Of a stretch of DNA of 64,000 bases, positions 42,565-55,217 are shown in pieces. A program made the translations under genes and the position numbers. Under the pieces are notes generated by a model that saw nothing but the letters and a program-made list of their open reading frames with translations, was not told where the DNA came from and did no database searches. Numbering within the stretch: the stretch's first letter is position 1; the number at the start of each line of letters is the position of its first letter. Source of the stretch: the human T2T-CHM13v2.0 reference genome, Homo sapiens; the NCBI RefSeq assembly GCF_009914755.1, contig NC_060931.1, one strand, 5' to 3'.

Positions 42565-43240
42565 TTTTTTTTTTTCTGATTGTGGTAAAAAATATAGTAT
42601 TAAATTTTACCATCTTAACCACTTTTAAGTATATAGTTCAGCAGTGTTATGTATGTTCATATTGTTGTACAACAGATCTCTAGAATTTTCCATCTTGCAA
42701 AATGGAAACTCTATACAATTAAATACTAATTTCCTCCCCCAGCCTTTGACAACTGCTTTTCTACTTTGTTGCTATGATTTTGACCACTTTAGATACATCA
42801 TATGCTTTGACTCATAGTACATGTCCTTTTGAGACTGACTTATTTTGCCTAGCATAATGACCTTGAGGGTTAGCCATACTGTAACATGTGATAGGATTTC
42901 CTTCATTACATCTGCATGACATTCCACTGTAATTACACACCACACTTTCTTAATCCACTCATCTGCTGATGGATACTTGGGTTGCTTGTACTCCTTGGCT
43001 ATTGTAAATAATAGCGTAAATAATTTCGGCGTGCAAATATCTCTTTGAGACCCTGCTTTGAATTATTTTGGATATATACCCAGAAGTGGGTTTGGTGAAT
43101 CACACAGTAATTCTATTTTCAGTTTTTTGAGGAACATGTTTTCTATAATGTTTTGTGGAACTGTTTTCCATAATGGCTGTACTGTTTTTAATTCCCATAA
43201 ACAATGCATAAGCTTTCCAATTTTTCTGCATCCTTGCCAA
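42565..43240 (-). mobile_element. L1MB-type 3' end, antisense
   Basis: poly(T), 'attgtggtaaaa...aaattttaccatcttaacc...catcttgcaaaatggaaactctatac...ttttggatatatacccagaagtggg'. Confidence 0.9.
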
Positions 43241-44703
43241 TTCTATGACAATTACACAGATAGGAGGAAGAAATCTTTTACAGGAGTGTATTCAGGAAAT
43301 AATTGAAGAAATTGATTCTACTATATAGCAAAAGAAAACAATAGATAAAACAGTATTTTCATACCTCCTATTAATGGCAAAAAGTATCCCAAAGAACCAA
43401 AATATGTTGTGATCCCAATGACAGATTTCAACCAATAAGAGTTTGAAATGAAATAGCTTTTCTTAAATTTCATAACACTGGCACTTGGCTTTTGAGCAAA
43501 GGAGTGGAAAGGTACGGAAAGAACTGGAGGGGGCTAAGAAGACACAGGCTGAATCCACTCATACTGAGAAGATGCTAGAGGGCCTCACAGGACCCTTCCA
43601 TCCTCACCTTTCCCACCCCACCTCACACCCCGAGCAGCTCTGCATCAATCTTTTTAAAAAACTGTTGAATAAAGCAAAAAGAAAAGGAAAAAAGGAAAGC
43701 CATTAGTCTTTATGCTCCTTCCAGGATTAAAATTCAATTTCTTCAATTAGGGTAGGAATCCTTGTCTATTTCTCACTTTGCATATATACCTCCCCAAGTA
43801 TAAACTTCCCATCTTCATTCTGAAAAGTAAATGTGCCTCAAACCAATTAGTGAAGTAGAACAAAACCTTCAAATTCTATTTTCCACAGAGCATATAATCC
43901 TATATCTACTTAAATATACAAAGCACTACTTTCAGTCATCATTCTTGCTCAATCAATACCATTTATCTATTAATAGGATGGCTCTCTTATTTGCTCTAGC
44001 ATAAAACTGACCCCATAGTAGTTATAGAAGTTGAAGAGATACAACTTAAAAAGAATCTACCCTTTTAAATTTAACCAATCCCAGTTGTCCTTTATAACAA
44101 CTGATACATGGATATTCAACTAGTGTATGGCAAGGCAGTCACCAGCACTGGAACGAAAATGGGTCCTTTCCTATATACGAAGAGAACACTGTACCATTAC
44201 TTTTGAGAGGGAGAATGGCAAAAAACACTGACCCTAGGGCCCTTGCTCCCTAGTCATGCCCCTAGACCCAGTGAAGCCTCCCCTTGTACACTTGCTGACA
44301 GGATCTCTATTTGCAGTCTGTTTGGGTATGTTCTGGCCACACTAAAGCTACTTGTAAATATTTCTGCCATTTCCCTTTAGGAAACCCAGGGCCTGGTATA
44401 ATATGTGATTCTCTCATGCTCGAGGCCATTAGGGTAAATGTGCCTCGTGTATCCCACTTAAAAAGTTAACGCAGGAAGAGGTGCAGACGCTGGTAGACAC
44501 AGTCTGCCTTTCTTCCTGCTGTCTGGTTAATGTAGCAACTGGCTGCTCAGGAAGGAAGGGGAGGGAGATGGACCGGAGAGCTGAAAAGACGGCTGGCGCT
44601 AGGTAGGATTTACCTCATAGACTTACCCACACCATCCCTCCCTAAAACAAGCTACAGTGCATGGCGCTCACATTGCATTTTGAGGTAAAAGTTCTCAATA
44701 TAG

Positions 44704-44840
44704 GTGCTGGCAATGTGCTCTATCTCGATCTGGATGGTGTTTACCAGGGCTATAGATGAACTATGCAATGGGTAAAAATCAGTCAAGTACACTTAGAATT
44801 CGTGTACTACATGTTAATAAGACTTTGAGAAATTAAATTT
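44704..44840 (+). mobile_element. Short old L1 (L1MD/ME-type) 3' end fragment with TSD
   Basis: 'gtgctggcaatgtgctctatctcgatctggatggtg...gtacacttagaattcgtgtac'; flanked by taaaagttctcaatatag (44686-44703) / taaaagttcccaatatag (44841-44858). Confidence 0.7.
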
Positions 44841-44984
44841 TAAAAGTTCCCAATATAGACTTACTAAATGACAGAGGATGGCTCCAATTCATTCCTTTCA
44901 GGTGTTTTAAAAAAAAAAAAATTTTTGCAATGACCTGATGTCTCCAACTTCTAGTCTAGTCTCTCTCCCTCCCATCCCCTTTTT

Positions 44985-45495
44985 GCATCACTAACACATT
45001 AAAATTCCTGAAGTTCCACTCTGATCAAGTCATATTCCAGGGTAAAAATCCCTGATGGCTCTCCACGGTTTATCACTGTCTATAAACTCCCTGGCCTGGC
45101 ACTCATTCCCCACTCCAGGGTTAGCCACATGCCCTGGCCCAAAACACCCCTCAACAGCCTTCCCTAAGCCCGTCCTATGAAGATCTCCCAGCCCACACTT
45201 TGGTGCGTGTGATTTCCTCTCCTCTACCTCCACCCCTCCCCAAATTTCCATCTTGGACTGTTAAACATATGTATGTATACCTTTCCAGCTTCCTCCAAAT
45301 GAATACTCTAATAGTAACAGCAAGAGATCTTTGTTTATTATGGATTTGATAATTAATAATGTTTTAATATCATTTACTACATACAATGTAAGCTTCACGA
45401 AGACAAGGCTCTTTGTTGTATTCACCAATATATCTCTTGGGCTTGGAAGAGCGGCTGGCACATAGTAGGTGCACAACGATTATTTGCTGATTTGA
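44985..45495 (+). mobile_element. L2 LINE fragment
   Basis: 'aaaatccctgatggctctccac...tgtaagcttcacgaagacaagg...ctggcacatagtaggtgcacaacgattatttgctga'. Confidence 0.75.
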
Positions 45496-45529
45496 TGATA
45501 ATAGCTTTCCTGAAGGAGAGCCTGTTTCC

Positions 45530-45690
45530 CACACACTGTGCTTTAATACAGATCATTTCTATTCCTGAAAACACCAAAGCAATACGTATAATATAAGCCC
45601 CACATTCCAGATGGGGAAATTGAAGCTTGATGATGTTAAGTAACTTGTTTAAGGCCTCACAGCTCAGGATAGTCAGGATTCAACCTCCTC
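45530..45690 (-). mobile_element. MIR SINE fragment
   Basis: 'cccacattccagatggggaaattgaagct...gttaagtaacttgtttaaggcctcacagct'. Confidence 0.65.
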
Positions 45691-46178
45691 TTCCTTTGAA
45701 TTCTCAGAAAACATTGTACTATGGTGCTTATCTTCTGCCTGATACTACAGCTACATAGTAGCCTGTTCTCTCTTTCTGCTTTCCATTCTTTGTGAACAGA
45801 GACAGTGTCTTACCCACCACAGTATCCTCTGAAGCACCCAGCTCAGGTCTTCACAGTGCAGGGGCTCCATAAATATCTAGTGAGTGACTGAAGAGTAGAT
45901 AATAATAAAGGGGTGGGGGAATATGATTTAGGGAGTATCTCTAAAAAAAAAAACCTGGAGCACGCAATAAACTAAAGCATAAATGAGCACTAATTAATAA
46001 AAGGAAGCAAGTTAATTAGTAAAAGGAGGCAGTTCATACCACATGTACATGACAGGAGAGAACAGCCTCATGTCAGATGGGACTCCTGGGAGCGCAAGTC
46101 TTTACCATATAAAAATTAACTACAAGACTCAAAGGGCAACATCACGTGGCAGCTTCATTCCTTGAACTATTTCAACAA

Positions 46179-46180
<2 letters not shown>

Positions 46181-46218
<38 letters not shown>
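46181..46218. repeat. (AC)19 microsatellite
   Basis: Perfect dinucleotide run. Confidence 0.98.
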
Positions 46219-46223
<5 letters not shown>

Positions 46224-47239
46224 AAGAAAGAAATTCTTGAGGCTGGACTGAATGTATTATCTGAGTGTGAGCATGAAATTTCACAGAAGAAATCATTATA
46301 AACCTTTTCCTCCTTAAGAATCACATCCACCATGTCACAAGTGCTAAACTAGTGGATTAAACTAAAAGCAAACACAGCTCATGAAATCAGGAGAGCTATC
46401 TGGCTTTATGCTCAGCTGGGGCTCAGGCTGCTTCTACAATCTCCAGTGTGGCTGCATACCACCCTTCTCTTTGTCTTCTTCATCCTAACAATTCCTGATG
46501 CACACTCCTGTCCCCTGCTCCTGAAACCCTTTCCCAAGTCTGTAGCTCCTCACCTCCATGACTTAAGAACTAAGTAAGGTACAACGATATTCCAGAACCC
46601 ACGCATCTCTTAAACTGAGGGCTGCCTGTACTCTCCTTTATGAATACATATATATCAGAATGTTTTGTGTCTTTAGGGGATAAGATTTTGAGCTGCTATT
46701 CTAGAGCATGCTAAAATGTTAATTCTATACATTCATTCTGGAACACCTGAACAATGACACAATTTTGGCTATTTTTCTGAATTTCTCCATAATAGAAAGT
46801 AAGATTAAAGCAAGTTCCTAGCTATCCATCATGCTGTGACCCTCATCACTGAAGTTCAGAAATTACTGCACATTAAAGAGGGTTTACCTGATAGGGGCTA
46901 GGCTGAATCTTACCTTTAACCCACGCCTTAGTAAACAATTTGCTAAATAAATGAATTGGTAATATAAGGAAGATTTCAGCTTGACTATTGTAAAAGCACA
47001 TAAAAAATGCTTTTATGACCTTAACCTCTATCTGTATGAGGTTTTCAGAGATTATCTATTTTAAACTCTACTTTTGTACCTCAGTATAGGTTGAAGAGAG
47101 ACCCTGCAAACAAGCCCAAGGCATGTTAAGAGTGATAATAGCTAAGATCTACTGACCACTTAATATTGTGCCGAGTACTCTGTAAGTACTTTATATGTAT
47201 TATCTCATTTAATCCTCAATCATCTTATGTGATAAAAAC

Positions 47240-50200
47240 ATCTGGGCCTGGTGTTTTCTCTATGAAAAGATTTTAATTTTTAACTATTTATTACAGAGAT
47301 TTTTCAAACATACACGAAAGTAAAGAGAATGTTATAATGAATCTTCATGACCCATCACCCAACTTAAGAGATTTTTTACTCCTATTTTTAATGGTTATAA
47401 GCTACTTAGGTCTTTGTAGCTTTTGAGTCAGTTTTAATAAGTTAGGAATTTTCCCATTGTGTCTAAGATTTAAAATGTATTGGCCCCAAATTTTGTTCAA
47501 AATATTCTTTTATTAGATTTAAATCTCTGCCCTAACTGCAGTTACTAACATCATTTGTTTATGGCTTTTCTCTTTTTGTTTTCCTTGATCAATCTTGGCA
47601 GAGGTTTGTCAACTCTATTCATCTTTTCAAAGAACAAACTTTTGGCTTTCTTGATCCTGTCTAATGTAAAAAAGTTTTTTCCACTTAATTCCAGTTCTTG
47701 TTTCATTATATCCTTCCATTTTCTGAGGGGTTTTTAGGTGGTTATTTTTTCTAACTGAGGCTGGATGCTGTACCAGTCAGGGATGCAGAACCATTACCAG
47801 TGACGTGACAGGAGGAATGCTTACAGCAATTAGACTTTGCCAGTGTGTGAGGGGCTGGGGAAGTGAAGGCGGTGGTACTGATCCTGGTGGGGACACCAAT
47901 CACTCCTTCTGAAGCCCTGGAGCAGAAGGACCAGTCAGAGTTTGTATGCAAGGAACTCAGAAGCCAGGCTCATATACACCAAAGTGAACCTACAAAGTGG
48001 GGGATGCACAGAGAGGTCTAAGGAAAGCTCACTTTTTATGAGTCCACAGCAAAGAACCTGGGGTGGCCAGCCAGAGGAAGAAGAGCTAGATGCAGAGAGG
48101 ACGAAAATGAGGACAAGCCAGAACCTGCCTGCACCTGCCTCTATTTCTGTTCATCATCCCATCTCACCCTGAAGCATTCTGGAGAACCAAGGCCACTGCT
48201 TCACTGATTCTACCCCCCAGTCTCCTACAAGTTCATCTTTTGGCCTTCCTGTACAAGGAAGGAGATTCTGGGAAACACAGTTCCTAGTTTAACCAACTTG
48301 ATCAGGGAACAGTATAGCATAGATGCTTTCATCTCATTAATGTTCAGCCTTTCTTCAATACATTTCTAAGTACTATTCAGCTATATCCCATAAGTTTTAA
48401 CATAGATTCTATGTATTTTCATTACTATTTATTTCTAAATATTTTACTTTTCCCATAATCTCTGCTTTGTCCTGTGACTTACGTGCATGCATGCTTCATA
48501 ATTTCCAAACATATGCGTTTTCTTCTAGTTTTTGTTACTGATTTTATAGTGCAATTTTCTTAAATATTTTCATTGCAGTCAATTTTCTCAAGTATTTTAC
48601 ATGCCCTTAAAATGCTCTGCCACTTCAAATGTTGGATGCAGCCTTCTTTATATGTCTTTCACATCAAGCGTAACACTAACTGTGTTACTGTTTTTTTGCC
48701 TGCTTGATAAACCAATTAGAGTGACAAAGAAATTAAAATCTGCCCCATGATAACAAGACTGTTTTATTTTTCCTTGTGATTTCAATAATTTTGACTTTAT
48801 ATATTTTGGGGTGATAGTAGTAACATAATAAGTACATAAACATTTAGAATTGTTTGATGTTTCTGGTAAATGGAACCTGCTAGGACCTTCTTTGTAATTA
48901 ATAATATTTTTGCCTTCAATTCCATTATTAATTTACCAGGTTTCTTTTGGTAGGACTCTGCCTGGCATATAATTTTACATACTTTTCATTTCAACTTTTC
49001 TTTGTGTGTTGTGAAGATGATTCTTGGAAGCAGCACACTGCCAACATTTTTTAAAATCCAGATTGATAATCTTTGTCTCTTAACTGGAATAATTTGTCCA
49101 GTTGTATTTAATATAATTTAGTGGTTATTCTGAAAAGACTGAAATTATATATAATGTATCAAAACCTAAACATTACTAATTTCTTTACCTTCTTCCTAAG
49201 TAATATGTTATATGTAATCACCTCCTGACTGACATGCTATAAACAACACATATTTTGGTTTTTTAAGCTCACAAGAAAGTCACTGTTGATTCAAATTTAC
49301 CCACATATTTACCACTTTATTTTTTGTCCCTTCTTTTAACTCTTATCTTTTTATTCATGATCTCTTACCTTCTTCTCAAAGTACGTATTTTAGAACCTCC
49401 TTTCATGAAAATATGTTGCTCCTCTTTCCCTGGTCTGAAAATTGCTTTATTTATCCTCATTTTTGAAAGACAGATTTGGCTGAGCAAACAATTACAGGCT
49501 AATTTTCTCTCTGTATTCTGAAGACATTGTCCCACTATTTTCTGCCCTGCCATCACTATAGTTAGTTGAACCGCTCCTTTGAAAGCTACATGTCTTTTCT
49601 CTGTGACTGCTTAAGGGTTTTCTCTTTGTCATGGTGCTCTGCTATTTTACTATGCCATATCTAGGCATACGGATCTCTTTTAAACATTTAGTCGTGTTTA
49701 ATGTGTTGGTATCTTTAATCACTTCTGGAAAATTCACTCTTCTCCTTGTCTTTTAGCCCCCTTCCATATTTTTCATCTTTTGTGTCTACTACATTCTAAA
49801 TACTTTATTCAATTTTATCTCCTAGCTTATTAATTCTTTATTTGATTCTATCTAATCTGTCATTGATTGCCTATCAAGCTTTTAATTTAAATTTCTATAT
49901 TTTAGTTAATAAGTTGTATCTGCTTTTCAAATTTTCTTTGTTATTTCAATACTCTTGCTCCTTAGACATATTTTCAATCTTCTCTTCCATTTTTGTAAAC
50001 ATAGTAAACTTACTTATTTTATGTATTATGTCTGATAAATTCAGTACCTGAAGTCTTTGCAGGTTGATTCTGCTGACTCTTGTTCATAATGATTTATTTT
50101 TTGTGTGTGTTTTGAGATTTTTGAATGGGAGCTAATGTATTTTAGGAATTCTGTAACGATTCTTTATGGTCAAATAAAGAATTCCTTCACAAAGAATCTG

Positions 50201-50690
50201 CATTTGCTTCTGCTAGCTGACAAGAGCAACTACCAACCTGGTACCATTTTAATTAGATTCTAAGCTGAATGTTTTTCTGACCATTCAGCTAGTGTGAATT
50301 TCAGCTGTAAATCCACAAGCTGTTCTGTGGTTACAGATTTTCTGAGGAGATTTATTTTTTGCTCCTCCACATAGCTCTAAGGTTCAAGACAGAAAATTTT
50401 CCTTGGAGGAGTCTCAGGTTTTTTTCTAGCTTGCCATTACCAAGAGAATATAGCTTAGAGGTACCAGTTCCATGGTGGGAGGAGCCTTTGCTAATTATAC
50501 AGTTCAACTTGGGTGGGCCTAGAGTTTTCCTTCTGTGGCTCTGGAGGTTGTAAAAACCTAAGAGCAAGTTCAGGGTGAAAGTCCAGAGCCTCCAGAGCTC
50601 TCTCTGGGTTTCCAAATTTCACTTGGTATTTAGCATCTGAGCATTTCTTCCTGTCTTGTCACATTGGCAGTACAATTGAAAAAAATCTCT
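47240..50690 (-). mobile_element. Ancient L1M/L1ME-type LINE, antisense, fragmented
   Basis: 'catctgggcctggtgttttc', 'ttccttgatcaatcttggcagaggtttgtcaa...cttttcaaagaacaaacttttggcttt', 'tttatttatcctcatttttgaaaga'; T-rich throughout. Confidence 0.7.
47769..48321. mobile_element. Old ERVL/MaLR-type solo LTR inserted in the L1
   Basis: Begins tgtaccagtcaggg; ends 'ggagattctgggaaacacagttcc...aacttga...gcata'; 5-bp TSD gatgc (47764-47768, 48322-48326); flanks rejoin as continuous L1-like sequence. Confidence 0.7.
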
Positions 50691-50705
50691 TCCACTGATC
50701 CTGCA

Positions 50706-50979
50706 GGCAGTATGATTTACAATGGTTCAGAATGAGAGCTTTGAAACTAGTGCCTGGGTTCAAATTTCTGCACAGCACTGATTAGCCAGGCAGCCTTGGG
50801 AAGTTATTTAAACTCTGCTTTAATATTCCTACTTCTAAAATGGGAACAAGAATAGTACTTGCCTCATACATGGGTTTTTGTAAGGATCAAATGAGTTAGT
50901 GCAGTAAAGCACTTAGAATACGGCTGGCCATAGCCAGCATTCAAAAGAAAACAAGGCATTATTATTACTATTACTATTA
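50706..50979 (+). mobile_element. MIR SINE, near full length
   Basis: 'tgcctgggttcaaatttctg...ccttgggaagttatttaaactctg...taaaatgggaacaagaatagtacttgcctcata...taaggatcaaatgag...aaagcacttagaa' plus (TAT)n tail. Confidence 0.85.
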
Positions 50980-52052
50980 GATTGTGGTACCATGATGAGA
51001 CCTTACAATGCAGATGCTGCTTTCTACTCCTTAACATTCTCTCTTGTATGATCACGTTATAAAATCAAGCTCTGCAAAATGTAATTTTATATAAACATTT
51101 CTGCCAGTGCACTCATTTTTATGAAACCTCTGTTTAAGAAAGTACACAAAACACATAAATATATGCATAACAATGAATGGCAGACACACTCCGCTGAACA
51201 CTCCTATTTAACTGCTCTTACCATTTAGGACCAAGAGGGAGTACAATGAAAGTAAAAAGCATTAATCAAAATAACCCAAAGAATAATTTTAATGATGCCT
51301 AATGGAGGGATTCAGCTGTTGCCATCAAGTGTAAAGGTGAGCATGTTAATAGCAAAAAGAAATGGCTTTGTTAAACGTGATTATCCCTTGCTCTTACTAA
51401 GCCTTATGAGATAGAGCTACACAAATAAGAGCCAGGAGAGTTTTCAGGCCCAGAATGGCCGTATTTACAATGGTGAAAACCCAGTATATTACAAATAATG
51501 TAAAAAGACATACACCATGCATACAATCTGAAAGAGCTGGCTTTAGTAAGACAAGTGGGTATTTCTTGATTTTAATATGTGAACATTTTTAAAGTATCAA
51601 AATCAATCTTATTATCATGAACACATTTTGCCCAGCCATGAAAATCTTTATTTTTATATTTAGGTTTGATGAATGAACAGCCATACAGAAATGTGATTGG
51701 ACACAAAGGATCTGGCCTAACGGTGAAGGACGGAGTGGGGAAACCCAGCAAAACCACAGAATTTTTTACTGAGTACTTCAGTTACAAGGTAGAGCGTGAA
51801 CCCTGCAAGAGAAATGAGCTCCTATTGATTTGTTTATAAATTATCACAACAAAACAAAATGCCCCTGGCTAAACTGGGATCTGGGATTTGGGGTTGTGCC
51901 AACCGTCAGGTCATCACTGTTCAACTCCAAATACACCCCTTAATAGCTGCTCTGTGATAATGGACTGGACTCGAAGCATTTCTTCCTTACTCAAAGCCTA
52001 AGATTGAGTGAGCTCAATATTAGTTAGTTAGAGTGACCTCAGTGTTAGGCCT

Positions 52053-52071
52053 TGTCAGTAGAGGGCGCCGC
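52053..52071 (+). promoter_or_regulatory. Candidate CTCF binding site
   Basis: tgTCAGTAGAGGGCGCcg matches core CCASYAGRKGGCRS at 13/14 positions, with CpGs retained. Confidence 0.6.
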
Positions 52072-52079
52072 AGGGACAC

Positions 52080-52612
52080 TGTAATGGCTCCAGAGTACTG
52101 TGTTTTGACGTTTTCTTGCTGCTGCTTCACTGTCCTTCAGCGGTGCATGTATATAGGGACATCTCTGCTCCAGTCTTGTGTGCAGAGCATGCAGTCCCTT
52201 AGTGACTACGCAGCCCTGTCCTGAGGCTGAGTAACCACCTTTCCACAGGCCTCCCACACAGACCCTGCATGCTGCATGCAGGCCTTGTGCCCACCGTGAT
52301 ACTCCAAGTGCCCACCGTGATACTCCAACTCTCCACCAGCCTCAGGTTGCCTGTGCCCCAAAGCCAGCAAACTTCTGTGACATCACAGGGAGCGACATCC
52401 ACATCCTCTCCAAAGCAGTCTGAACCCAGCCTTGGGGAGTGGCTTCCGAGTGTGTCCTTCCTTGCGTATTTTTCTTCAGCCTTAGGGCACTTATTGAGTT
52501 TTCTTTACATCTTTATAGTTACTCTCCTATCTTAGTTTAGTAATTCCTTACACTAAACTTCCTGTTTAAATTCCTTTGTGGTTTTTGTCTCCTCGTTTGA
52601 CCCAGACTGACA
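52080..52612 (+). mobile_element. Old ERVL solo LTR (LTR33-like)
   Basis: Starts tgtaatgg; ends 'taattccttacactaaacttcctgtttaaattcctttgtggtttttgtctcctcgtttgacccagactgaca', resembling ERVL LTR33-type 3' ends; no clear TSD. Confidence 0.55.
52287..52328. repeat. Perfect 21-bp tandem duplication
   Basis: gtgcccaccgtgatactccaa x2. Confidence 0.95.
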
Positions 52613-54656
52613 CTGTTTAATTCTCATTTCTGAATTCATATAGTCATCTACTCTTTCCTCATCATACACCACTTACTCTATCCATTAAAAATATGCCATC
52701 TTTTCATGTATATGTCAGCTGAAATGTTGGCCAACTACATGTTTTGAAAAACTTTGAATGATGCAAGAAAACATCTAAGCTTATTTTATTCTTTGCTTAT
52801 ATCATATGAAAAAATTCCAAGCTCAGCACCTTGCCTACCCAAGGATTTAAAGTCAAATTAATTATTTCTTCCTCTTTTCACACTCTGTTCTTTCTCTCTT
52901 CCACAGAAAAGGGCTGGACTTTTGTTTATAATTTAAAAATAACAAATAATTTCACAATGCCTTATTCTAAAACATTTTAACAAGAATTTGCAGATCCTAA
53001 TTACTTCCAGAATAACATTTGAAACTAAGGTATTAAAAAGTGCGTTTAAAAATATAGATCATTTATTCATCTTTCCTTTAGTACCCAGTATTGGACAGAC
53101 TGTAGACTAGGTACTGTGATATAAAAAGATGAATGAGGCATCCTCACTTCTGCGAACTGCAATAGAACCAGAATATAGGTGAAAAAAGAGAAGGAAAGGC
53201 AGGGAGACTTCATAGCAAAATATAACAAAAAATTTCCTCCAAAAAAATCACTCTTGTAATAATGACCAACATTATTAAACACTTCTTAAGTGTATAACCC
53301 ATATAATTCAGTGGAAAAAAGAATCAAATATCTTTAAGAATAGTTTCATATCACATCTATTTGAACGTGGGCTCTTAATTGTAAAAGCTAAATTAAATCA
53401 AAATCTAAAACAAAACTACACTAAAATAGAACAGAAAGAAAAGAATGATATGTATTATTTGTAGTATATTCCCGTGTTTCTTGGTAATAGAAACAAGCAA
53501 ATATCTGGGATTACAAAAATTTTTAGGACATCTAATTCACCAGCATGCAAATAACTTGACATTTTACAACTATATTTATAGTACCATTTGAGGTTGCCTG
53601 AATAAATAGTTTCCAATCTATATGCATCTCTTTGACATGTGAGAGAGGGCTCAAGAAATGCCACAGTGTGAAAGTTACCAAAATGGAATTTTAAATGTAA
53701 TGAGTTGCATATCATATTGAAGCAGAGTTTCAACATGACTGCAATAAATGCTCCATTTTTTCTCTTCCCAAAATATTCTAAAAGGTCACACCAGTCTAAC
53801 AGTGATAGGTAACTGCCAAGAGTTAAAAAAAATTGGACATCCTGTAAATTATAATTTAAAAAATATATATATATGTCTGAGGTAGGCAAAATCAAGGAAA
53901 CCAAAGATATGGAATTAACACCCCTCAATGACCGGAACATCTGGCTATATATTTACTTATTTTTGTCTTTTAATTTTAATTTCCCCCCAAAATAGAAACA
54001 TATTTCAAACCTCATCATTTTCTACTTTAACCAGCCAGCAGGAAACCAACATAAAATTTAAAAGAAGGAAACTATGTAAAAATCGTATATAAGCAAATGC
54101 TTTTTCAATTTTTATTCCAACATGAGAGCAGAAAGCAAGATTTCTGGAAACTGATTATTAAATAGAAAAGAACAAAAAGAAATGTGGTCCTATTTATCAC
54201 CCATTCAACAAAGAACTAGTTTTTAAATTGAAAAACTAAGCAATGCATTCTGAAATGTAGCTACAAAAAAATTCTATAAATGTTTAAACTAATATCAATA
54301 TAATGACAGTTGAGGAAGCAAACTTTCAACAACACTCAAGTAGTCAAACAGAACTTCCTCATACTTCATGTTTGCCAAACAAAATATCAGGAATGTGGGA
54401 TAAAGCATAAAGAGATCTTATTATCATCTAACTCAGTCTTCTTTCACAGATTAGGAACTTGAGAACCAAAGAAGTTTTTTTGTTTTTTGTTTTCCTCTAA
54501 AAACTGCTCTGCTAATGACCTTACTGGCAGGTGGAATAAACAGGGTACAATTTCAGAGGCACTAGATCACTTAGCCTTTAACATTTCTTGACCAGCTTAA
54601 CAGGATATCTTAAATTCTACCATTAGAGATTCATTCTATAGGGTTATTCATTATAT

Positions 54657-54699
54657 AACTTTAGATCTAAGAATCTAAACTTTAGATCTGAGAATCTAA
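54657..54699. repeat. 21-bp tandem duplication (1 mismatch)
   Basis: aactttagatctaagaatcta / aactttagatctgagaatcta. Confidence 0.9.
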
Positions 54700-55023
54700 G
54701 TGTGAAGGGCATTTGTAGATCCTGAGTCCAAACTCACTCAAGCAGCATATCCAAATCACATTTAGGTTAAGTGCTTTTAGGGAAATGACTGGATCTTCTT
54801 TAACTCCATAGTCCCAGATCCTGGCAGACAATAACCTACATATTAATTGTGGTGTTGGTGAAAATGACCAAAGAATCAGTCAGCTGACTTTCTCCCTAAG
54901 CGCTGATAAGGAATCTTTTGGGAGTAAGATTTGGGGGTGGTAGGTTTTAAATAGGAGAGGACAGAAGGGAGCCAGACTTGGGTCCAGGAGACATAGTCTG
55001 GGGTTCTTGACAAATGTAAGCAG

Positions 55024-55217
55024 AGTGAAAACCTGGGTAGAGTAGAGGAGTGGGTGAGAGAAGCGGGGAGGCGCCTCAAGAGAACAATCAGACAGCGAGG
55101 TGAGGGAATGGAAGAAACACAGTGAAAACCTGGGTAGAGTAGAGGAGTGGGTGAGAGAAGCGGGGAGGCGCCTCAGGAGAACAATCAGACAGTGAGGTGA
55201 GGGAATGGAAGAAACAC
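55024..55217. repeat. 97-bp tandem duplication (2 mismatches)
   Basis: 55024-55120 and 55121-55217 are identical except cctcaAg/cctcaGg and cagCga/cagTga. Confidence 0.97.

Noticed and set aside
53455-53940. Longest ORF in the track (161 aa, minus strand)
   Set aside because: No recognisable domain, composition reflects AT-rich DNA, and no convincing exon structure; plausible by chance in 64 kb
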